Source: Malacoraja senta (lineage: Eukaryota). From it: a DNA stretch of 64,000 nucleotides. The notes beneath the pieces were generated by a model that was not told the origin of the DNA, ran no database searches, and was given only the letters and a program-made list of their open reading frames with translations. Of this stretch, positions 51,670-63,527 are shown one piece after another (within the stretch, counting starts at the first letter, position 1; every line of letters begins with the position of its first letter). Made by a program: the position numbers and the translations under genes. The stretch is taken from assembly GCA_038087875.1 (NCBI GenBank), contig JAXLNO010001599.1:124001-188000 (forward strand), written 5' to 3'.

Positions 51670-53937
51670 GTACGGTGCTGGGATTCACTCTAATCATCAC
51701 ATCTTTTACCCCGTCACAAAATAGGGCCAGGCAAGTTTAGCACTGAAGGACAGGTGTTGTAGTGTGTGAGTGAGGGAGTGATAACCAAGAGGCCTAGACT
51801 AGAGTCAAGAAGAGTCAAGAGTGTTTTATTGTTATATGTCCCAGACGGGACAAGGAAATTCTTACTTGCTGCAGGACAACAGAATATGTGAATATGTAAA
51901 CATAGTGCATAACGGGGGAAGAGAAAAAAAGAAAAAGATCAATAAATAACAAATAGTGCAAATAACAAATAATAATATAGCCTTTTGCAGTTCAGAGCTC
52001 AGAGCTTATTCGTTGTGTTTAATAGCCTGATGGCTGTAGGGAAGAAGCTGTTCCTGTACCTGGTCGTTACAGTTTTCAGGCTCCTGTAACTACTTCCTGA
52101 TGGCAATGGTGAGATGAGTGTGTGGCCAGGATGGTGTGGGTCCTTGATGATTTTGGCTGCCTTTTTGAGGCAGCGACTATGATAGATCCCTTCGACGGTG
52201 GGGAGGTCAAAGCCGGCGATGAACTGGGCAGTTGTCACAACTTTTTGTAGTCTTTTTCGCTCCTGGACGTTCAAGTTGCTGAACCAGGCCACAATGCAAT
52301 CAGGACTAGGGCACAATGCTAAATATTTCTGTGCTTTCACAACTTCAGTTTATTCCAAAACTCCTCAGTAGCCAGGACACTGAGAAGACCAAGCCTGCTG
52401 TTCTTCAAAATTAGTGTCACGGGGTCAGTCCACTTATTGTTGTCGGCCCTCTGTGTGTGGCATCTCAGACTAGTTGTCTTGCTGCTAATTTGAAGAGTGG
52501 GGTCGAGTATTTGCACTTGTACAATTGTTTGTCGACACTGGAAAAGTGGTCCATCAGAAAGTCCATTGTGTGGATGGAGCTGGGTACAAGCATGTTGTCA
52601 TTGGAGTGATCATGGAGTCTAAGATTTATACAGGATGTTAACAGGCCCTTCGGTTCAGCTTGCCTTTGCCAACCAAGGTGCCCGATCTACACTAGTCCCG
52701 TCTCCCCGTGTTTGGCCCAAATCACTGATCATCTCATGTTCCTGTGATAGGAGCAGAATTAGGCCATTCAACCCATCAAGTCTACTCTGCCATTCAATCA
52801 TGGCTGATCTATCTCTCCTTCCTAACCCCATTCTCCTGCCCTTTCCCCTTGACAGCAATACTAATCAAGAATCGATCTATCTCTGCTTTTTAAATACCCA
52901 TTGAGTGGGCCTCCACAGCCTTCTGTGGCAATGAATTCCTCAGATTCACTACCCTGTGTCTAAACAAATTCCTCCTCATCTTCCTAGAGGAACCTCCTTT
53001 AATTCTGAGGCTATGGTCCTCGACTCTCCCACCAGTGGAATCATCCTCTTTACATCAGCTCTATCCATTACTACTTTAGTAACTTGAGGGCAATCCAAGC
53101 CAGTCGACAGGCCAGACACGGTGGAGATCCACGATACTCTTCTTCAAAACGGTCTTTCCCTCTGCCTTTGTACTTAATGCCAGTGGGTGCCTCAGCTGTG
53201 ACAGAGTGTCCAGCAGAGCAGCTCTCTCCCTGCCCCAGCGTGGCAACAGTCAGTCTGGGCAATGTGTAGCAGCCTCTGGGACAGGCCGGCTACAACACAC
53301 AACATTCTGACAAAGCAGCAGGAGAGTTTAGTTACACCTCATGGATACAAACTGCATTTAAACAGTTGTGACTAAATGAAAGGACACAAAGTGCTGGAGT
53401 AACTCAGCAGGTCAGGCAACATCCCTGGAGGACATGGGGAGGTGAGGTTTCGGGTCGAGACCTTTCTTCATCCTACTCCGGACCACTCACGACTAAATAA
53501 CATAATGCCGCTGCTTCTAATTTATAATATAAAGTGAAGAACTTTCCGCTGACTGGTTAGTACGCAACACAAGCTTTTCACTGTACCTCGGTACACGTGA
53601 CAATAAACTAAACTGAACTGAACATTTTGACCTCAAACATTAGCTTGATTTGCCTCTCCTCAGAGGGAATTTCATACATTTGATTCAGTAAATAGCTGGT
53701 AACAGGTTCAATGATCACAAAACTGTCAAATAATGTAAAAGTCAACTTGTTAATTCACATTGTTTAGCAAGGTTTCCTTGTGGGATCAATAGGAAGCTTC
53801 ATTCCTACACCAATGTAGATAAATCTCCCTGATGTTGATGGGACCGGCATATCATTCGGTGGAGATGAGCACAAAATACTTCAGTGGCAAGCTGCTCCAT
53901 CAGGGAACGATGACATAATAATTGTGATTTCTCCCAG

Positions 53938-54258
53938 ATGACTGTTCAGATACCCGCCCCTTGGTCACTTTAAGCAAACCTTCCTTCGAAGAGATCTGGA
54001 TCAACAAGACAGCCACCATTCTGTGTAAGGTGGTTCACAGTGATTTAGAGGGATTCAGGGTAACCTGGCAAGTGAATGGAATGAAGAGAGAAGACGGGGT
54101 GACAACTCGTGGTGCAGAGAGGATCGGAGGTGCAGACACCATCACCAGCGGACTGACGGCCCCCGCTGCAGAGTGGGAGAGTGGGGCTCTGTACACCTGT
54201 GTGGTGGAGGACAAGAGTTTGCCAACACCGGAGAGCAGATCCTTGGAGAAGCCGACAG
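53938..54258 (+). CDS. IgW: IgW C5-type exon, intact (DDCSDTRP...ILCKVVH...YTCVVED...LEKPT)
   Basis: Acceptor CCCAG, 321 nt, both C1-set Cys, donor G|GTACG. Confidence 0.93.
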
Positions 54259-54649
54259 GTACGTGTGGACAGAGGTTGGTGCGAGTCTGATCTGAGCAAA
54301 TGGACAGATTTATCACATCCAGCATAGAAAATAATTGCAGGAGCAGGCCATTCAGCCCTTCAATCCTGCACAGACATTCAATATGAGCACGGGTGATCAT
54401 CCATATTCAGTACTCACTTCCTGCATGCTTGCCATATTCCTTGATCCCTTTACCCTAAGAACTAGATCCAACTCATTCTTGCATATATCTAATAATTGGG
54501 CTTCAGTGCTGTCTGTGGCAGAGAATGCCCAGGTTCACCACTGTCTGGGTGAAGACATTTCTCCCCCTCTCACACCTACACACCTTCACCTCAGACTGTC
54601 ATCTCCTGGCCTGGATTCTCCAATATCTGAAACATTCTGCCTCTGCCTC

Positions 54650-55860
54650 ACCTGTTCATAGAAACATAGAAAATAGGTGCAGGAGGAGGCCATTCAGCCC
54701 TTCGAGCCCGCACCGCCATTCATTGTGATCATGGCTGATCGTCTCCAATCAATAACCCGTGCCTGCCTTCTCCCCATAGCCCTTGATTCCACTAGCCCCT
54801 AGAGCTCTATCTAACTCTCTCTTAAATCCATCCAGTGATTTGACCTCCACTGCCCTCTGTGGCAGGGAATTCCACAAGTTCACAACTCTCTGGATGAAAA
54901 AGTTTGTTCTCACCTCAGTCTTAAATGGCCTCCCCTTTATTCTAAGACTGACCCCCTGGTTCTGGACTCGCCCAACATTGGGAACATTTTTCCTGCATCT
55001 AGCTTGTCCAGTCCTTTTATAATTTTATATGTTTCCATAAGATTGCCCTTCATCCTTCTAAACTCCAGTGAATACAAGCCTAGTCTTTTCAATCTTTCCT
55101 CATATGACAGTCCTGCCATCCCAGGGATCAATCTCGTGAACCTACGATGCACTGCTTCAATGACAAGGATGTCCTTCCACACATTAGGAGACCAAAACTG
55201 TACGCAGTACTCCAGATGTGGTCTTACCAGAGCCCTATACAACTACAGAAGAACCTCTCTACTCCTATACTGAAATCCTCTTGTTATGAAGGCCAACATT
55301 CCATTAGCTTTCTTCACTGCCTGCTGTATCTGCACGCTAACTTTCAGTGACCGGTGTACAAGGACACCCAGGTCTCGCTGTACTTCCCCCTTACCTAACC
55401 TAACCTAACCCCATTGAGATAATAATCTGCCCCCTTGTTTTTGCCACCAAAGTGGATAACCTCACATTTATCTATATTATACTGCATCTGCCACGCATCT
55501 GCCCACTCACTCAACCTGTCCCGGACACCTTGCAACCTCCTAGCATCCTCTTCACAGTTCACACTGCCACCCAGCTTTGTGTCATCTGCAAACTTGCTAG
55601 TATTGCTCCTAATTCCCTCTTCCAAATCATTAACAAATAATGTAAACAGTTGCGGCCCCAACACCGAGCCTTGCGGCACTCCACTCGCCACTGCCTGCCA
55701 TTCTGAAAAGGACCTGTTCACTCCTACTCTTTGCTTCCTGTCTGCCAACCAATTTTCTATCCACGTCAACACCCTACCCAATACCATGTGCTATAATTTT
55801 AGTCACCAGTCTCCCGTGCGGGACCTTATCAAAGGCTTTCTGAAAGTCTAGACACACTAG
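54650..55860 (-). mobile_element. CR1 LINE 3' fragment in the C5-C6 intron
   Basis: GVPQGSVLGP, FADDTKLGG and LEYCVQFWSP motifs. Confidence 0.9.
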
Positions 55861-57278
55861 CTCCCCTTCATCAATCCGGTTAAGAATTTAATAGTTTCTC
55901 TCAGATTCCTTTGGATTTTTCTGAACTCCAGTTGATATCTAATGGATATTGGGTGGACTTACAGATGGTCAGAGAGTGTGAGGGAGCAAAAGAATATTAA
56001 ACTCAGCTGATTAACCACATCATTAAAATCCAAAGTCACCACGACAGCCTCGCCCAAAACCACACTTGTTCCCACAGCGTGAGCTGCTTAGACAGAGTCG
56101 AGGGAGAGGGATTTGCAGCTTTCACAAGCTGAGATACAGACTGTCAGGACTGGAGGAGCAGGGAGCTTGAGGCAAAGTCCAGCAGATCATTTAAGCAGAA
56201 GGGGAGATGGAACAGACAGCGCAGGACCAGGCTGGTCCAAAGACTGAGTTCCACTTTCTGTAGAGTCTCAGTATTCAGTGGTTCCTGTTGATTAACTAAC
56301 CAATTTAAACTCACTGAAAGCTCTAGGTCAGTTTAGTTTAGAGATACAGTGCCCTTCGGCCCATCATGTCCGGGCCGACCAGCGATCCCCGCACACTAAC
56401 ACTACCCAGCACATACTAAGGACAATTTACAATTAAACCAAAACAATTAGCCTACAAACAATAGACAATAGACAATAGGTGCAGGAGTAGGCCATTCAGC
56501 CCTTCGAGCCAGCACCGCCATTCAATGTGATCGTGGCTGATCATCCCCAATCAGTACCCCGATCCCGCCTTCTCCCCATATCCTCTGACTCTGCTATCTT
56601 TAAGAGCCCTATCTAGCTCTCTCTTGAAAGTATCCAGATAATCAGCCTCCGCAGCCCTCTGAGGGAGAGAATTCCACAGACTCACAACTCTCTGTGTGAA
56701 AAAGTGGTTTCATCTCTGTTCAAAATGGCTTACCCCTAATTCTTAAACTGTGGCCCCTGGTTCTGGACTCCCCGAACATCGGGAACATGTTTCCTGCCTC
56801 TAACGTTTCCAAACCCTTAATAATCTTATGTTTCGATCAGATTCCCTCTCATCCTTCTAAATTCCAGAGTATACAAGCCCAGCCGCTCTATTCTCTCAGC
56901 ATATGACAGTCCCGCCATACAGAGAACATGTACGTTTTTCGAGTGTGGGAGGAAACCTGAGCACCTGGAGAAAACCCACGCGGTCACGTACAAACTCCAT
57001 ACAGGCACCACCCATAGTTGGGATCAAACCCATGTCTCTGGCATTGGAGGCAGCAATTCTACCGCTGCGCCACCATGCCACCCTGTAAAATGCACCAGAG
57101 GCATGATTTCTCTTCCACACATCCCTACAATGAGCAGAAAGGAACAGCCTTTAGTTTCAGGTGAACTGAGATCCCTCAGGATGTAAACGGTATCCATGTC
57201 AGTATAAGATTGGAATGTATTGGGTAAGTACAGAATTACTGACAGATTCCGTCTAACTCAGGTTCTCTCTGTTCCCAG

Positions 57279-57664
57279 ATGGAGTTGAGAGTCGTCCTCA
57301 AGTCTACCTCCTCCCCCCTTCATTGGATGAGGTGGAGACGGATGAGACGGCCACCTTGACGTGCCTGGTCACCAGATTCTCTCCTGCAGACATCTATGTG
57401 GCCTGGATGGCCAACGACACCCTTCTGAAGACAGGGATCGTGAACCAGCCCGTGACCAAGGACACAAGGAATGGGTGGAACACCATGACCAGTCAGTTGA
57501 AGGTTTCTCCAGAGGAGTGGAACTGTGGCACCACCTTCTCCTGTGTTGTGGGACATGGGTCCATCACAACCAGCCTATTTAGAAGCATCAATAAATCTCA
57601 CAACAAACCCACCCTGGTCAATGTCTCACTTGTTCTGGCTGACAGCTTTAAATCTTGTGTGTAA
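57279..57664 (+). CDS. IgW: Terminal IgW C exon (C6-type) with secretory tailpiece NKPTLVNVSLVLADSFKSCV*
   Basis: Acceptor TTCCCAG, PQVYLLPP motif, C1-set Cys pair, tailpiece with NVS sequon and penultimate Cys like mu/alpha tailpieces. Confidence 0.95.
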
Positions 57665-57956
57665 CATGATTCATTTCTCAAACATTTGTTTTGTTCATTT
57701 CTGGATTTGTTAACTGACCCAGAGGATGATGGGTTAGTTCCCTAATACATCATCAAAATGTGAACCTTTGTAAATCATTAAAAACAAAATTCCACACGAG
57801 ATACAAATTAAGCCACAGCCATGATTCACCAGAAATGTCTGAGCTTCTGGATACATTTACAGAACTTTTTCTGCCATGCTTGAACAGATTTCAACCATGT
57901 ATGGGATCACACGATGTATTAAATCTATGTATGTGTCAATGTACCAATACAAGTTC

Positions 57957-57962
57957 AATAAA
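57957..57962 (+). terminator. Candidate poly(A) signal of the long secretory form
   Basis: AATAAA about 290 nt after the stop, followed by GT-rich sequence. Confidence 0.55.
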
Positions 57963-58599
57963 TGTGATGTGAAAAAGGTTTTGTGTGCGTGTCCTTGACT
58001 GGTGTGTTTTGGGTGGGAGTACATGGGTAGCTTGGGATGTGAGGTGTGCACATTCTAGGAGAAGCACATTCTGGGAGAAATAGGTGTTGTTGGATCAATC
58101 TGTCCAAAACCTTCCACCATTGGGTGTTCTCACACCCACGCCTGGACCAGTTGAAGACAGAGGTTGATTGTGGTCGTTGGTCGTTAACTCCATTATCACT
58201 GTGCCATGCGACCATCAGGGTGACACAAGGTGATCTGATTGGACCATGGTCTTTCCTAGCCCAGCTGTGACAATGTACCTGATGCAAGCTCCCACATGGG
58301 AAACCAAATCTGGCCAGATCGCCTGCGTCAGGTAGTCCTTGCTTTCACCCTCTTTCCCCTCCCCTTCCCAGCTCTCCCACAGCCCACCTGTGTTTAGCTG
58401 TTTGGTTTCAGGATAAATATTAGCTCAGGACTCTGAGCAGAACTCTCGTGGTCATGTCGTGGCATTGCTGATACCTACCTGAGAAGCACCTCCTTAAAGC
58501 CTCATCCCAAAGACAGCAGCTTTCATGAGGTGACATTGCTCACCACTGAGCCACACATGACATCTGTGTCTAACAAGGGGGATGGTTGTTTGAGGAGTC

Positions 58600-59395
58600 T
58601 CTGTCCTCAGTGGGTGTGCACGGATGATGTTGAATAAAAGAGACAACTCATCATTGGTAACTCTTCTATTCCAATGTTACAATTAAACATCTGCCTGTCG
58701 GTGCTTAAAGTAAATCTGTTTTTGAATCTGCTGCTACGTGCTTTCAAGCTTCTTGTATCTTCTGGAGAGGGGAGTAGAGACAATGACTGGGATGTGAGGG
58801 TTCCTCGATGATGTTGGCTGCTTTCCTGAGGCAGCGTGAAGTGTCGATGGTGGAAGGAGTAATGGTCTAGGGTGGGGAATGCAATGCCCATTGTGTGGGC
58901 CGAGGGTTGTTTAGTTTAGTTTATTGTCACGTAGACCGAGGTACAGTGAAAATGCTTATTGTTGCATGCTAACCTGTCATTCCACCAGGGAATAATGTTT
59001 TGTGCAAGGTAATGTCCGATTATACATAGTGCGAGGGTCTCCAGTGAGGTAGGTGATAGCTCAGGACTGCGCTCTAGTTGGCGAGGGGATGGTTCAGTTG
59101 CTTGATAACAGCTGGGAAGAAACTGTCCCTGAATCTGGAGGTGTGCATTTTCACACGTATACCTTTTGCCTGATGGGAGAGGGGAGAAGAGAGAGTGGCC
59201 AGGGTGCAACTTGTCCTTGATAATGCTGCTGGCCTTGCTGAGGCAGCGTGAGATGTAAATGGAGTCAGTGGAAGGGAGGTTAATTTGTGTGATGATCTGG
59301 GCTGCAACCGCAATTTGCTGCCATTTCTTGGATGGAGCTGTTCCCAAACCATGCCGTGATGCATCCTGATAAAATACTTTCTATGGTGCACTAAA
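58600..59395 (-). mobile_element. L2-type LINE fragments
   Basis: SRCLSKASSIIKD and HPGHSLFSPLPSG motifs. Confidence 0.7.
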
Positions 59396-59443
59396 ATTAA
59401 ATACCAATAAAGAATTGAACAGCATGTAGTTTTATTTGTGTTA

Positions 59444-62208
59444 AACCCCTGTCTCACGGTGCGAGTTCACCCACGAGTGATCCCGAGTTAAAAACAAATC
59501 AAACTTGTGGTAATCACGTAGAATTAACGTAGCGGGAACTCGTGGATGTAAGTTAGCGACTCGTAACACTAACGGCAGAACCTCGGGAAACTTGTTAACT
59601 CGTGAAAAATTTTCAACATGTTGAAAGATTTCCACGAGTCAAATTTACTCTTGAAGGAAAAATGTGAAACTTTTAAACTCGTTGTAATACCGTAGTAACC
59701 CGTGAGTTTACCGTAGTGACTCGTGAGTAACTCGTGGGTTTGGCCTGAGTGCCAGAAGTGAAATGTTGAAGATTAGTCAGATCTTAATGGAAAATTTTAC
59801 AGTGATCTAACAATTCACTGTTACGGAGCAAAAAGCACTCACCGGGGATCTGAGACACAGTGGCAAAAAGAATGAACCATGCAGTGTTGGGAAAGCCGCA
59901 TTGCGAGAGTTAATTAGTTCCCTTCAGAACTTTAACTTTTCTCATTGAAACGGTGCCATGAATCCTTGTTAGGTTAATGCGCTTTTTATGGAGAAGCAGA
60001 TATATGGGACTGTTGTCCCATCTCAGGATTTATATCTGACAAATTAACATCAGTTATTGAAGGCTGATGCGTTTATACAGGGGATTTTCTCAGGCATCAC
60101 TTTCCACCCAGTCTGTCTGCGTTAGAGAGCAATTGGTCAAAACAATGTTGTAAATGTGACGTTTTATTTTATAATTTTATAAATGGGAATTTTATAAAAG
60201 TTATAAATTATAAATGGGAAGGAACTGCAGATGCAGGTTTAATCCGAAGAAGGGTCTTGACCCGAAACGTCACCTATTCCTTCTCTCCAGAGATGGCGTC
60301 TGTCCCGCTGAGTTACTCAAGCTTCTTGATAAATGAATCGTTGGAAGCTCCTTCGTGGCATGTTGCTATTCAGAGTTTTAAGTGTATTTGTACTAACCCG
60401 TGCAACATGCTTGCCAAAGATAGGAGGCGTTCAGTGGGGAAGTTCACAAAATAAGTTCACAAGTTCAAGAAGGAACAGCAGATGCTGGAAAATCGAAGGT
60501 AGACAAAAGTGTTGGAGAAACTCAGCGGGTGCGGCAGCATCTATGGAGCGATGGAAATAGGCAACGTTTCGGGCCGAAACCCTTCTTCAGTCTGAAGAAG
60601 GGTTTCGGCCCGAAATGTTGCCTATTTCCTTCGCTCCATGGATGCTGCCGCACCCGCAAATAAGTTCACAAGCTGCATTGGTAATTAAGACCAGAGTTAT
60701 TTTTGTGTGTTATGCAAAATAAATTAATTTCAGGTTCTTTACATCACAAGTATTCTCCTAAAAAGTTACCCACAACTTTACATTGTAAATGGGTTGGTTT
60801 CAGTCCAGCAAAAACACATAACATAAGTCCTTAATGACATTTCTTAGAAACACAGCGAGAGAGTGTGAGATGTAGATGGGATATGACTCCAATTCTTAAC
60901 TAACTCCTGTGTTCGTGTATTCATATTTTTCCAATAAATTATGGTATCTACACCGGATGATAGATAGTCTATCGTACAATATAGGAAAACATTCTCATAT
61001 TTACAATTAAGGGCCAATTGTATTCGGGTTTTTAATAAAAACTCTGTTTACCTGAGTTTAAATTGAAACGGGCCAGGCGCTGGGAAACTCTGGGACACCA
61101 CTGCTGAAGAGAACATCTGAGCTTTGTCTTTCATTCAAAGGTTCGCGGGCGGGCTGGGTTGACTGTTGGGCTCTGAAAACTGTTTCCCAGGGCTGGGGTG
61201 AGTGTGAAAGGGGTGGTTTCTGGGCAGATTTGCCCAATTAGCAATGTTTTGAGCCGCTGCTTTTTATACAGTTTAAGTCGCGACGGTGGGACGGCTGCTC
61301 TGACGGACATACTGGGGACACACACACTGCTATCCCTCTGGTCTACGGACCTTGCTGTCGGGGGAAAAAATAACCTTAATGTTCAATTTACCTAATCTTT
61401 TTGTTAGAAGTTTACCAATGTTTTGATGAGAGATAAATTAAGGGAATAAAACAATCTTATTAGACACAAAAAGCTGGAGTAACTCAGCCAAGCCGGCAGC
61501 ATCTCTGGAGAGAAGGGTCGAAACGTTTTTTCAGTCTGAAGAAGGGACTCGACCAGAAATGTCACCCATTCCTTCTCTCCAGAAATGCTGCATGTCCCGC
61601 TGAGTTACTCCAGCATTTTGTGTCTATCTTCGGTGTAAACCAGCATTTGCAGTTCCTCCCGACACAAAACAGCCTATGCCTTTCAATGATTGATGCCAGA
61701 CCTTGAACAAATGCTGTTCAAATGGACTTTTGAATGCAATTTTGGAAGGATTGTTTCTTGAAACAAACTGCTCTAAAAGTTTGAAGGAAGGAATTGCAGA
61801 TACTAGTTTAAACCAAAAATAGACACAAAATGATGGACTAACTCAGCTGGTCAGGCAGCATCTCTGGAGAAAAGAAATAGGTGAAGTTTCCGGTCGAGAT
61901 CGTTCTTCAGGCTGTGTCTATTTATAGTGGGAAAAAAACTGCATGACATCATTTCTACCATGTGATGATTTTTCCACACGTCGGTAGTCGTCGTTGGCTC
62001 AAGAGTAACTCGGGAGAGGAGCTTGGTAACTCGGGAGAGGAACTTGGTACATCGCAGAAATGAGAAGTAAACGGCAAACTTAGACATACACGTGGGAACT
62101 CGTTTAAACTCGTGAACATAAACTTGGAATCTCGTAGACAACCACGAGTTTGATTTTTTCTTTCACTCGGGATCACTCGTGGGTGGACTCGCACCGTGAG
62201 ACAGGGTA
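59444..62208. mobile_element. Probable 2.8-kb Harbinger-type non-autonomous element
   Basis: Ends (A/T)ACCC(C)TGTCTCACGGTGCGAG inverted, TTA on both flanks, ACTCG-rich subterminal arrays. Confidence 0.55.
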
Positions 62209-62480
62209 TTAGTGTTATTGTATTTGTATAAGTGTTGTGGAGAATGTATTGTGTTCGATTATTAGAAATTAGAGAGTGCGGATAATTTCAAGGGTCAAAC
62301 TCTGTATAAATGCTGAGTGGAATTTCAGAGCAGCAGGTAACTGGGACTGTGCTGCTCTCTTTGTGCACACGTCAATAAAGTGAGTCTGGAAAATGAATGC
62401 AAGTCGTCAGAGTCCAGTTGATCGGTGACGACAACACCAGACCTTGTCCGGTTTGTAAGCTTCCTATTTCTCATCTGCAG

Positions 62481-62783
62481 AATTGTCTGTCTTTATCCAA
62501 AACCCCTCCACTGAAGAGATTTGGATCAACAAGACCGCTACTGTGGTGTGCGTGGTAATGGGTGCTGATCTGAGCCAGGTCCAAATCTTCTGGCAAGTGA
62601 GCGGAAGGGAGAGAACAACAGGGGCTGTGACCCACCAACCGAGAGGGGAAAGGATCCAAGACAGAGTGAGCAGTAAACTCCGGAGCAGTGTGGAGGAATG
62701 GACCAGCGGGGTGGAGGTTGTGTGCTCTGCCCAACGATCTCCATCATCCTCACCAGTGTCAGCACGGACAGAAAGTGCCAAAG
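62481..62783 (+). CDS. IgW: IgW C3-type exon, copy d (downstream of terminal exon)
   Basis: Acceptor CTGCAG, 303 nt open frame, donor G|GTAGG. Confidence 0.85.
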
Positions 62784-63209
62784 GTAGGCGAGAGATCAGC
62801 AATGATATGGCACACATTAGTTACCATGAAGGGCCTGTCCCACTTACGCGACTTTTTTGGTGACTGCCGGCACCCGTCATAGGTCATTGTAGGTTAGCAA
62901 AAATTTTCAACATGTTGAAAATACAGCAGCGACCAGAAATACGCTACGACTCTTTATGCGACTGAGGAAACTCACGACCATACAGGCGACACCTTGGTGA
63001 CATGTCGCAGGGTGAAGCCTGCATGGTCGTGAGTAGTCGCCCAAAGAGTCGTACCTTGTGCCGGTCGCCGCTGATTTTTCAACATGTTGAAATTTTTCAC
63101 CAACCTGTAACGACCTATGACGAGTGCCTGCAGTCAACGAAAAAGTCGTGTAAGTGGGAGAGGCCCTTGAGAAAGAGGGACTCACGTCTACTTTGCTCCT
63201 CTGTTCCAG

Positions 63210-63527
63210 TTGAAACAAAAAGACCCAAGATCAGACTGCTGCCTCCAGCTCACCAAGAGACCAAGCGTAGCCACACAGCTACCCTTGAGTGTGTGCTCTC
63301 TGGTTTCTACCCGGACCTCATAAACGTCACTTGGGAGAAAGACGGAGCCCCGATCTCCTCCACCACCAGCGCTACACCAACTGCTCTGGAGCAGGGGGGG
63401 ACTTTCAGTGCCAGCCACTTCCTGACTGTGAGTTCAGAGGATTGGAAGAAAGGCTCAGTCTTCGGCTGTACAGTGTCTCATCCTCCCTCGAACACCAGTA
63501 TCAGTCGGGAAGTGAAAAGCTTTCAAG
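63210..63527 (+). CDS. IgW: IgW C4-type exon, copy d (downstream of terminal exon)
   Basis: Acceptor TTCCAG, 318 nt open frame, donor G|GTACG. Confidence 0.85.

Larger units (their letters stand above)
50531..51980 (+). repeat. Tandem duplicate of 48475-49952 (C3-C4 module)
   Basis: Offset 2056, falling to 2028 after a 28-bp deletion inside the MITE. Confidence 0.95.
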
